A stretch of 64,000 nt of DNA from Candidatus Woesearchaeota archaeon (GTDB lineage Archaea > Nanobdellota > Nanobdellia > Pacearchaeales > GW2011-AR1): NCBI GenBank assembly GCA_964448605.1, contig CAYUZV010000002.1:39804-103803 (forward strand), given 5' to 3'. This document shows, piece after piece, positions 28,190-36,353 of the stretch (the first letter of the stretch is position 1; each line of letters starts with the position of its first letter). The notes below the pieces were generated by a model. It saw only the letters and a program-made list of their open reading frames with translations. It ran no database searches and was not told the origin of the DNA. The position numbers were made by a program, and so were the translations under genes.

Positions 28190-28919
28190 TTTTAATAGAA
28201 ACAAATCAAAAGTTGAAAGAATAGGTGGAAGAAAAATAATCTCCAAAGAACACCAAAAACTAATTTTTTTAAAGAGAGAAGAATATTTCTATAATTTTTT
28301 CAGAAACAATCAATTTATTAAAACTCCTGACATTTATTCTATTGAAGGATTGAATATTAAAACATCTTTTGTTGAGGGGGAAGAAAAGAATACTCCTCTT
28401 GCAATAAAAGATTGGGCAAAAATTCATAATTATTTTATTGAACATCCCCTAGAAGAGAATAAGTTATTTATGCAACATGATATAAATCAGGTTTCTAGAT
28501 ATTTATTACAGCATGAAGATATCTCTAATATCCTGGGTAAAAAGATTGAATGTAAACTTAATGAAATAGATTTAAATGCCTCTATGAAAACATTGTTACA
28601 TGGAGATTTAACACCAAAGAATTTTATTTTTTATAATAATGAGAATTATTATTTTGATTTTGAATTAGGAGGCATAGGGCATCCTGCTAGAGATCTAGCT
28701 TCCTTAATTATCTCGAACCTTAGAAAAAAAGAAAAGTTGGTTAATCATTACAAGGATTCTTTTAGTCATGGTTATGGTGGTTTAGAAGAGGACATCGATA
28801 ATTGGACATTTGTCAGAGCATCTCAATTATATTTTATTTTTGATAAAAGAGAAGGTGGTGAAAAACAAAAAAATAAAATTAAGAATAATCTTATAGGAAT
28901 CATAGAAACTCTTGTTTGA
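28182..28919 (+). CDS. aminoglycoside/choline-kinase-family phosphotransferase
   Basis: LLHGDLTPKNFIF (catalytic loop) and DFELGGIGHPARDLA. Confidence 0.65.
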   Translation: MDNFNRNKSKVERIGGRKIISKEHQKLIFLKREEYFYNFFRNNQFIKTPDIYSIEGLNIKTSFVEGEEKNTPLAIKDWAKIHNYFIEHPLEENKLFMQHDINQVSRYLLQHEDISNILGKKIECKLNEIDLNASMKTLLHGDLTPKNFIFYNNENYYFDFELGGIGHPARDLASLIISNLRKKEKLVNHYKDSFSHGYGGLEEDIDNWTFVRASQLYFIFDKREGGEKQKNKIKNNLIGIIETLV

Positions 28920-29050
28920 TTAAAATCTTTTTTTTAAACAAATGAACTCTCAATGGATAAAAGAACCCTAAATGTTTTATTTAATGGATTATTGGATGAA
29001 GTTGATGGAAATTATGGAGAAATCAATTTCGAGAGCTGAATTAAGAAAGT

Positions 29051-29112
29051 ATATCCTTTATGATATAATCTTTTACACCGAGTAGTCCGAAGTTCGATTC
29101 TTCGATGGCCCA
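29051..29112 (+). repeat. tRNA-Val 3'-half-like repeat R1 (left arm type A)
   Basis: atatcctttatgatataatc + TTTACAC-CGAGT-AGTC-CGAAG-TTCGATT-CTTCG-ATGGCCC-A. No 5' half upstream. Confidence 0.75.
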
Positions 29113-29154
29113 TTTGATAGAAATTCTTATATATCTAAATTATTCTAGAGTTAT

Positions 29155-30234
29155 ATGAAAATTTATTTAATTAGGCATGGAGAAAGTATTGGAAATGCAA
29201 AAGGCATTCATCAAGGTCAAAAAAACGACTTTTCATTAAGCGAATCTGGAAAAAGTCAGGCCGAATTATTAAAAAAAAGATTTGAAGATATAAAAATCGA
29301 TGCTGCCTATTCATCTGACCTTAAAAGAGCAAAAGAAACAGCTGAATTTATATCAAAATCTAGAAATATAAAATTAATTATAGATAAACGGTTAAGAGAA
29401 AGAGATTTTGGATTAATTGGAGAACAAAAAGATATTATGTCTTCATGGAAAGATTTTTTACAGTATGAAACAAAAAAAGGAGTAAATCCTAGAGAAGCAC
29501 GACCTATTGATGGAGAAAGTGATAAAGATCATTTTGATAGGGTATATTCTTTTTTTGAAGATTTAAAAAAGAATCATGATGAAAAAGAAACAGTTTTAGT
29601 TGTTGGACACGGAGGAACAAACAAAGTTACCTTCGGAGTTATAGAACATTTTTCAGAGAAAGAAATGTATAAAACACCTCAAGCAAATACATGCGTTAAT
29701 GAGTTAGTCTTTGAAAACAATAAATGGATAGTAAATTCTATCAATAATACAGATCATCTAGAAATAGATGATGAAATAATAGGGATATTTAATAGCGTTA
29801 GAGACGAACCTTTAGATGTCATTAATAATCGATGCTGGGAAAAACATATAAAATTAAAAAAACTTTTTGATGATAAGGGATACAAAACAAAATATAAAAT
29901 TTGTTCTTTTAAATGGTCTGAGCAAAAGTTACCAATAGAAATAAAAGATTTAGTAGATAATGATTTAGACTATCATCTGTACTTGATAGTTAAGATTAAT
30001 GGTCTAAAATTACTAATAGATGCATCAAATGATTTTCAACTCCCTGAATATAATACTTGGAATGGAAAGAATAACTGCAATTTATGTATTTCTCCAGCAG
30101 AGTTTATTGAAGAAAATCTAGAAGAAATTTTAAATAAAAAGATTAAGGAGAAATATTCTAGTAATCAGATTATTTTTTTGAATGAAGTAAACGCTTTTCT
30201 AAAAAAGTTAAGAGAGAAAAGATATAAGAATTAA
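29155..30234 (+). CDS. histidine phosphatase (PGAM-like) fused to an unknown C-terminal domain
   Basis: LIRHGESIGN and VVGHGGTNK motifs in the first about 200 aa. The C-terminal 150 aa are unassigned. Confidence 0.6.
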   Translation: MKIYLIRHGESIGNAKGIHQGQKNDFSLSESGKSQAELLKKRFEDIKIDAAYSSDLKRAKETAEFISKSRNIKLIIDKRLRERDFGLIGEQKDIMSSWKDFLQYETKKGVNPREARPIDGESDKDHFDRVYSFFEDLKKNHDEKETVLVVGHGGTNKVTFGVIEHFSEKEMYKTPQANTCVNELVFENNKWIVNSINNTDHLEIDDEIIGIFNSVRDEPLDVINNRCWEKHIKLKKLFDDKGYKTKYKICSFKWSEQKLPIEIKDLVDNDLDYHLYLIVKINGLKLLIDASNDFQLPEYNTWNGKNNCNLCISPAEFIEENLEEILNKKIKEKYSSNQIIFLNEVNAFLKKLREKRYKN

Positions 30235-30251
30235 TTTTGAGCCGAAATTAT

Positions 30252-30809
30252 TTATGCATCTTTGGGCAAATAAGATCTGATAATTCTTATTACTTCTTCT
30301 GGAGAATTTAACTCTGTATCTATATCTATTCCTTCTGAATGCTGATTTCTCACACAGAACTTATATATTTCTGTTGCAGTTTTCTCATTTCCTGCAGGGA
30401 GAGGCCATTCTCCTATTGCCATCTTTTCCTCTAATGAAAAATTTCTTCTCTCTTCGACTCTTTTAATTAAAATATTTAAAGGAGCAATTAATTTAAAATA
30501 ATGACTTTCTACCCCTACTTTTTTTGTTAGATCTTCAAAAGGTCTAACATATTCATAACTGCCAAATGCCTTGTCAACAATAACTGGATGTCCTGCTGTA
30601 AGATAATTTCTAGTTAAGGATAATGCATTATTTCTTGCTAAATCTAAAAAATAATCATTGGATTTTGCTCCTTTTACAAAATGTTTAATTGAATCTAAAC
30701 TTAAATAAGCGGGATTTCCATTTAATACTTCCCAAAGTTTTTTTGCAGTTGTTGATTTTCCACTTCCAGAAGGACCTGAAATTATCAAACAATAAGGTTT
30801 AACATTCAT
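30252..30809 (-). CDS. P-loop kinase-like ATPase
   Basis: Walker A: IISGPSGSGKSTTAKK. Confidence 0.55.
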   Translation of the reverse strand: MNVKPYCLIISGPSGSGKSTTAKKLWEVLNGNPAYLSLDSIKHFVKGAKSNDYFLDLARNNALSLTRNYLTAGHPVIVDKAFGSYEYVRPFEDLTKKVGVESHYFKLIAPLNILIKRVEERRNFSLEEKMAIGEWPLPAGNEKTATEIYKFCVRNQHSEGIDIDTELNSPEEVIRIIRSYLPKDA

Positions 30810-31560
30810 ATTTACCTCCTAACTTTCTTATTGTTTCTCCAAAAAAGGTTGAGACACATCTTTCTAATTCTCCCAAATCTGCCATAAAATGGAATTCTGG
30901 GGGAAACTCTGATTTTTCAACGACAACATTTGCTTCGCTTAAGATAGTTTTTATCATAGGTGTTTTTACAAATAATCTCTTTATTTCTGGAAATGTTTCC
31001 ATTGAAAAAAAGTTATTTGGAACTACATATGGGACATCAAGATAGACTTCGCCTTCATTTAAATGTTCTAAACAATCATATCTTGTTACATCTAAAACTC
31101 TTAATTTATTATCTATTGTGGCAATCTTACAATTATTTTCAGATAAAGATTTAAAACCAGATAGAACCAATGTTTCAGAATTATGTGAAAGAAGTTTTTT
31201 TAGGTGGCTATCTGAAACTAACTGGTTTCCAAAGAATATTAAAACTTTATCAGATCGACATAACCCTCCTGCTTCATAAAATGCTTGAACAGGCCCTCTT
31301 GGCAAACCCTCATAAATCTGATAATTTTTTATTCCTTGCGTATTATATATCTCCTCAAATTTAGGTTTTAATTTAGGATTATCAATTGCTAAAATGATTC
31401 TTGAGTTTGGAACAACTTTTCTAATTGTATCTGTTAAATAGCCTATTGCAGGTATTCCTAAAATTGGGACAAGAGATTTACATCCACATTTTTGAGTTAT
31501 ATTTTTCATTCTAGAACCCTTACCTCCACAAACAATTATTGAATCTATACTATCTTCCAT
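30799..31560 (-). CDS. nucleotidyltransferase (NTP-transferase fold)
   Basis: IIVCGGKGSRMKN...KSLVPILGIPAIGY N-terminal signature. Confidence 0.6.
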   Translation of the reverse strand: MEDSIDSIIVCGGKGSRMKNITQKCGCKSLVPILGIPAIGYLTDTIRKVVPNSRIILAIDNPKLKPKFEEIYNTQGIKNYQIYEGLPRGPVQAFYEAGGLCRSDKVLIFFGNQLVSDSHLKKLLSHNSETLVLSGFKSLSENNCKIATIDNKLRVLDVTRYDCLEHLNEGEVYLDVPYVVPNNFFSMETFPEIKRLFVKTPMIKTILSEANVVVEKSEFPPEFHFMADLGELERCVSTFFGETIRKLGGKYEC

Positions 31561-31723
31561 ATTTGATTGGAGAAAGGATGTTATAAATAACTTTCTATTA
31601 TTGTAACTATAAAGTTACTAAATTATCTTGTTTGGGTTTAATTAATGAGAATTCTATAAAGAGCATAACATTATTACTAAATATGGTTAAATTTCTCTGC
31701 AAATAATTAACTTGTTACAAATA

Positions 31724-31785
31724 ATATCCTTTATGATATATTTTTTTACACCGAGTAGTCCGAAGTTCGATTCTTCGTGGGACCA
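31724..31785 (+). repeat. tRNA-Val 3'-half-like repeat R2 (left arm type A)
   Basis: Identical to R1 over caccgagtagtccgaagttcgattcttcg. The acceptor strand is TGGGACC-A. Confidence 0.75.
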
Positions 31786-31914
31786 TTTCTAAGAATTTTG
31801 TATAGAAAGTTTTATATAATTTATTAGTTTATTTTTATTGTGAGGTGATGGTACCTCAGAAGCCTTATTCTGAACAACAATAAATTTTAAATAAAATAAA
31901 CATGCAGAAATACC

Positions 31915-32139
31915 ATGGAATATAGTGATATAAGCCAAAGCGACTTTATAGAATCTGCAGCTTACCTTACAGGTGAAGATAACATAACTTATGGTAAAGG
32001 CACTTGTGCTGCACCATGTAAGAGTTGTGGTGGGGGTTGCTATGGTTGTAAAGGAAGTAATACAAGCAAAGGAGCTTCTGCTTCTTTAGAAGGCAGAGAA
32101 TCAAAACTTGCAGAGATGGTTGAAAGCGTACTTGAATAA
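31915..32139 (+). CDS. 74-aa Cys/Gly-rich candidate azoline-type RiPP precursor
   Basis: Core GTCAAPCKSCGGGCYGCKGS. Sits directly upstream of the YcaO gene. Confidence 0.55.
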   Translation: MEYSDISQSDFIESAAYLTGEDNITYGKGTCAAPCKSCGGGCYGCKGSNTSKGASASLEGRESKLAEMVESVLE

Positions 32140-32141
32140 AT

Positions 32142-33361
32142 ATGGATTTAGAAACCACTCTTAGCAAGTTTAAGATACTCGAAGAGAATTCTAGATTAGG
32201 TCTTCTTAGAAGGTCTTTTAATTTCACAGATGAACCAAAATTTTGGATGTATTCTTGTGTTTCTAGTAAAGGAAAATATGAAAGTTCCTCTCTAGATGAG
32301 GATAAGCAATTAGCAAAAGTTAAAGCATTAGGAGAGTATCTTGAGAGATATTGTTTAGATAATCCCCAACAAGATTTTTATTTTGGATCTTTTAATGAAC
32401 TAGAGAGTAGGGCAATTAATCCAATCGATTTTGTTAATTTCCGAGATTCTGATTTAAACTTTAGAAAGCAAGAATATTTAGAGAAGATTAAATCTTCTAG
32501 AATAAAATGGGTTAAAGGTAGGATTGAGCCTGACGGCTCAAAAATATTAATACCTGCCCAGTTAGTCTATGTTGATTATAATTTTGAGAGAGAGCCAATG
32601 ATTCGTCCAAGAGTAAGTACTGGAACTGCAACACACGAGTCTTTTGATGAAACATTTTATTCAGGGATCTTGGAGAATATTGAAAGAGATTCTTATATGC
32701 TTTCTTTTCTTTCAAAAAAACATCTTCCAAAAATAAATTTGAGAGATGGATTCTCTAAGGAATTGGATTATTTCAAGAGATATTTATTAGATTTACATGT
32801 ATTTGAAACAACTACTGAATTAGGTATTCCCAGTTTTATGTGTTTGAATTTGGATAAAACAGGATTAGTCCTGCTGTTTCTGTTGGATTAAAATCAGATT
32901 TAAATCCAAGGAAAGCAATAGTTGGTTCAATAAAGGAGTCACAACAAGTAAGGCAATGGATAAGAAATTTATGGATTCAAAGAAACGGACCAAAAATTTC
33001 AAGACCTGAAGAAATAAAAGAAATTGAAGATAGGGGTTTTTATTGGTATGATTTAGATAGAATTAACGATTTAGATTATTTATTAAATTCTTCTGATATA
33101 AAAGACGTTAGAGAAATTCAGTCTCAAGTTGAAAAAAAGAAAGATTTAGTTACATATTTAAAAAGTAAGGGAATTGATAGTTATTCAGTAGATTTAACTG
33201 CTGAACCCTTTAGAGAAGCAGGTTTTTATGTAGTAAGAGCAATCCAACCACAACTACATCCACTTTTTTTAGATGAGTCATTTCCTTGTTATTGGAGTGA
33301 AAGATTGGAGAAAGAATTAAATGGTCGTGAGGTTAATAAAACGCCTCATCCTTTTATGTAA
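32142..33361 (+). CDS. YcaO-domain cyclodehydratase, interrupted by a -1 frameshift between 32858 and 32888
   Basis: KALGEYLERYCL and STGTATHESFDETFYSGILENIERDSY motifs. The sense continues in another frame (SPAVSVGLKSDLNPRKAIVGSIKESQQ...) to the TAA at 33359-33361. Confidence 0.7.
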
Positions 33362-33362
33362 A

Positions 33363-34097
33363 ATGATAGACGAAATTAGAGAATTTTATGAAAGAACAAA
33401 ATTTAAGGTAGGAGAAGTAATTGAATGGGTAGATGACTATAAACCTCCTATTAATTGGGTTAAGATTTTCTTTAAAACCTATCCAAGAATGAAAAAAGTG
33501 GGTATGGATAGATTTGAAGATGATGGAGAGTTTTCTCGATTATTGAGTGAGAGAGAATCTACGAGGGAGTTTAGCGACTCGCCAATTTCTTTTGAAAAAC
33601 TAAATAAAATACTATTTTATTCTTTTGGTATAAAAAATCCAGATGTTTCATTGGAGAATACAAGAAGATTTTATCCTTCAGCAGGTGCAAGGTATCCTAT
33701 AGAAGCATATTTGCTAAACAATAATGTTGAAGGATTGGATAGGGGATTGTATCATTATAATTGCAAATCTAATGAGCTTGAATCTTTATTAGAAAAAGAT
33801 TTATCTTTAGAATCTTCCCGGATTTTTGGTGAAGCATATAAAGGCAGCCCTAATTTTATTGTTCTAAATGGAGTACTCAGTAGAACAGAGGTTAAATATG
33901 GGATTAATGCTTATAGATTTGCATTAATTGAATCAGGACATATAGGACAGAATATTTCGCTTTTAGCACAAAAAGAAAATGTAGGGTGCTGTGCTTTAGG
34001 GGGTTTTGATAATGATAAATTATCTAATTTGTTGGATATAAATCAAGAGGACGAAATACCTCTTTATGCCTTTTCTTTAGGTAGTTTAAAACAATGA
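33363..34097 (+). CDS. SagB-type (nitroreductase-fold) dehydrogenase
   Basis: RESTREF, YPSAGARYPIEAYLL, GLYHYN and IESGHIGQNISL motifs. Confidence 0.75.
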   Translation: MIDEIREFYERTKFKVGEVIEWVDDYKPPINWVKIFFKTYPRMKKVGMDRFEDDGEFSRLLSERESTREFSDSPISFEKLNKILFYSFGIKNPDVSLENTRRFYPSAGARYPIEAYLLNNNVEGLDRGLYHYNCKSNELESLLEKDLSLESSRIFGEAYKGSPNFIVLNGVLSRTEVKYGINAYRFALIESGHIGQNISLLAQKENVGCCALGGFDNDKLSNLLDINQEDEIPLYAFSLGSLKQ

Positions 34098-34699
34098 TCC
34101 TTAAATTCTTTAATAATTGAGTTCTCTCCAATTTTGTTTACAATTTCCCAAGACCGTTTATAACTGGGGTAGAAAGAACTCATTTCAATTTCCTCGTCTA
34201 GTCTACTTTTATCAAAATGCTCCTTTAATATTTTTTTGTGAATTGAATGGAGGAGTAAATGTATTGCAGTATCAAAATCTTCTTTTTTATATTTATCAAG
34301 AATAAACTCAAAATAATTTCCCATTTCTTTTTCATTTTGTATGAAAAGATTATGAATAATTTCATGCATCATCATATCCACAAATCTTTTAGGAGTTAAG
34401 GAAAAGGTTTCATCTTCTGATTCAAACTGAATAGGAATTGTTAAGGGGTCTGATATTGGCATTATTGAACTTATTTTAATTACATAGACTCGAATTTCTT
34501 CTTTCTTCCATTTTAAACCAGTAATCTCTTCACAAGAGTTTAAAACTTGCTTTTCTTTGTCTCTCCAAATATTTTTAACTTTTTCCAGATAGTGATCAAT
34601 ATGTTTTTGATATTTTTCATAGTCAAAATTTTCTTTCACAGTTGGGTTGTGTATTGTTTGTTCATAAATAAATGACCAAATAAAACTTATTTTTACCAT
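34064..34699 (-). CDS. putative zinc metallopeptidase (HExxH)
   Basis: MMHEIIHNLF motif. Convergent with the YcaO/SagB operon. Confidence 0.4.
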   Translation of the reverse strand: MVKISFIWSFIYEQTIHNPTVKENFDYEKYQKHIDHYLEKVKNIWRDKEKQVLNSCEEITGLKWKKEEIRVYVIKISSIMPISDPLTIPIQFESEDETFSLTPKRFVDMMMHEIIHNLFIQNEKEMGNYFEFILDKYKKEDFDTAIHLLLHSIHKKILKEHFDKSRLDEEIEMSSFYPSYKRSWEIVNKIGENSIIKEFKDHCFKLPKEKA

Positions 34700-34780
34700 A
34701 ATAAAACATATATTTTGGCATTTAATAAATTAACTCCCTCCCTCAAAGATTATTTCAGCTTCTTTCTTAAAAAGAAAGAA

Positions 34781-34917
34781 GCAAAAGTTCTATCTCAAAA
34801 TGTTACTAAAGGGATAATAATGTTTACACCGAGCAAAAGCATTTTTAGTAAAAAGAATTAAATAAGAAAATGCTTTTGGGAGCAGAGGATTCGGAAGTTC
34901 GATCCTTCCTAGGCCCA
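34781..34917 (+). repeat. tRNA-Val 3'-half-like repeat R3 (left arm type B, hairpin insertion)
   Basis: aaaagttctatctcaaaatgttactaaagggataataatg + TTTACACCGAG + hairpin caaaagcatttt..aaaatgcttttg + GGAAG-TTCGATC-CTTCC-TAGGCCC-A. Confidence 0.7.
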
Positions 34918-34940
34918 TATTAAATATATAGTCCAAAACT

Positions 34941-34995
34941 CTGTATAAATTAAATAATACATTTTGCTATCCACTTTTGGAAGTAATTTGATAAA
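34941..34995 (+). repeat. S repeat copy 1
   Basis: ctgtataaattaaataatacattttgctatccacttttggaagtaatttgataa. Recurs at 37332 and 41053. Confidence 0.7.
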
Positions 34996-35212
34996 TTTCA
35001 ACCAAAAATTAATTAAATTCTATTAACTTATTTTAATTATGGGTTTCTCTGTAAAACTTGTAACCCAGAGAGTTTCAATGAGGTGAGGACTCATTGTCAT
35101 ATCTAAAGTAACTCTTCGGAGAATTCGGGTCGTCAGGAGGGTGAGCCTCAATTATTTAACTAAAAATCATGGTATAGAAAGTTTTAAATACTATTGTTAT
35201 TATTATAACAAT

Positions 35213-35770
35213 ATGGTTAATAATATAACAACATTGTCAATTTTAGAACCATTACTCTTTAAACAAGAATGGACACATTTAGCTGAGATTTCAAGGGAAC
35301 TAAAAATCCCTCATCCAACATTAAGAATTTATTTAAATGAATTTGAAAAACGAGGAATAGCTGTAAAACATAACAAAGGAAGATTAACTTTATACAAACT
35401 GAATTATTCTAACCCATTAATTATGGATTATATTACTCTAATTGAGAAAAATAGATTAATTAACAAGAGTTCTAAGGAAGTTTTATTAAAAGAGATAGTA
35501 TCTCTTTTGCATAATTTAGATAATCCCTCCCTAATATTTGGTTCTGCTTCTATTAGTCTAAAAACTGCTAATGATGTGGATTTAATTATTATCGGCAACC
35601 TTGATAAATCAAAATTTAGAGATTTTGAAAAAAAACATGACATAAAGTTTCATTTGATTAACTTGAAAAGATTAGAAGAAATAAGCCCAACCCTAAAGGA
35701 AGAAATAAAAAAGAAACATTTAATAGTTCAAGATTCTGAAAGAGTAATAAAATGGATGCTAACAAATTAA
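35213..35770 (+). CDS. wHTH + minimal nucleotidyltransferase (MNT-type antitoxin)
   Basis: LIFGSASISLKTANDVDLIIIG (GSx..DxD). N-terminal HLAEISRELKIPHPTLRIYLNEFEKRG. TATA gttttaaata upstream of the ATG at 35213. Confidence 0.55.
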   Translation: MVNNITTLSILEPLLFKQEWTHLAEISRELKIPHPTLRIYLNEFEKRGIAVKHNKGRLTLYKLNYSNPLIMDYITLIEKNRLINKSSKEVLLKEIVSLLHNLDNPSLIFGSASISLKTANDVDLIIIGNLDKSKFRDFEKKHDIKFHLINLKRLEEISPTLKEEIKKKHLIVQDSERVIKWMLTN

Positions 35771-36228
35771 GATGGTGCTGTAAGCAATCTGCTGGCCTAA
35801 AGATAGACAAACCCAATGAAAATCTTGCTAAAGAATATCTGCAAAGTGCAGATGAAACATTGTCTATTTTACAAGATATTAAAGGCAAGTCTAATATGTG
35901 GCTCGCTACAACAAAATACTATTCTGAATATTTTTCTATTTATGCTTTACTTCAAAAGATTGGGATTAAATGTGAAATTCACGATTGCACGATAGAATTT
36001 GCTAAGCTATTAGAAGAAATGAAAATAATTCCAGAAGGTTATTCAAAGAAACTTGAAGATGACAAGGATTTAAGAATAGATAACCAATATTATCTTAAAA
36101 ATAAGCCTGTTGATATAAATATTCGTGAAATAAGCGAGTTTATTCTTACAATAAAAAATAAAGTTAACTCTATAACCTTGGGTGAAGTGAACAATATAAG
36201 GGATGAGATTAAGAAACTTATTATCTAA
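35752..36228 (+). CDS. HEPN-domain protein (toxin partner of MNT)
   Basis: Helical AKEYLQSADETL...YYSEYFSIYALLQKIGIKCEIH pattern. Overlaps the MNT gene by 19 nt. Confidence 0.5.
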   Translation: MDANKLRWCCKQSAGLKIDKPNENLAKEYLQSADETLSILQDIKGKSNMWLATTKYYSEYFSIYALLQKIGIKCEIHDCTIEFAKLLEEMKIIPEGYSKKLEDDKDLRIDNQYYLKNKPVDINIREISEFILTIKNKVNSITLGEVNNIRDEIKKLII

Positions 36229-36244
36229 GATTTTGCAAGAAATA

Positions 36245-36306
36245 ATATCCTTTAGGATATAATCTTTTACACCGAGATGGCGGAGGTTCGATTCTTCGAG
36301 GGCCCA
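36245..36306 (+). repeat. tRNA-Val 3'-half-like repeat R4 (left arm type A)
   Basis: atatcctttaggatat (perfect palindrome) + aatcTTTTACACCGAG..GGAGG-TTCGATT-CTTCG-AGGGCCC-A. Confidence 0.7.
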
Positions 36307-36353
36307 TATTTTAAAATAATTAACTTTTTACATGATAGTCAAATTAAACTATT

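Noticed and set aside
28920-29050. Small ORFs in the gap after the kinase gene (for example MEIMEKSISRAELRKYILYDIIFYTE reading into repeat R1)
   Set aside because: They are very short and interrupted by stops. The C-terminal part is simply the translated repeat arm, and it is not kept in frame in the other copies.
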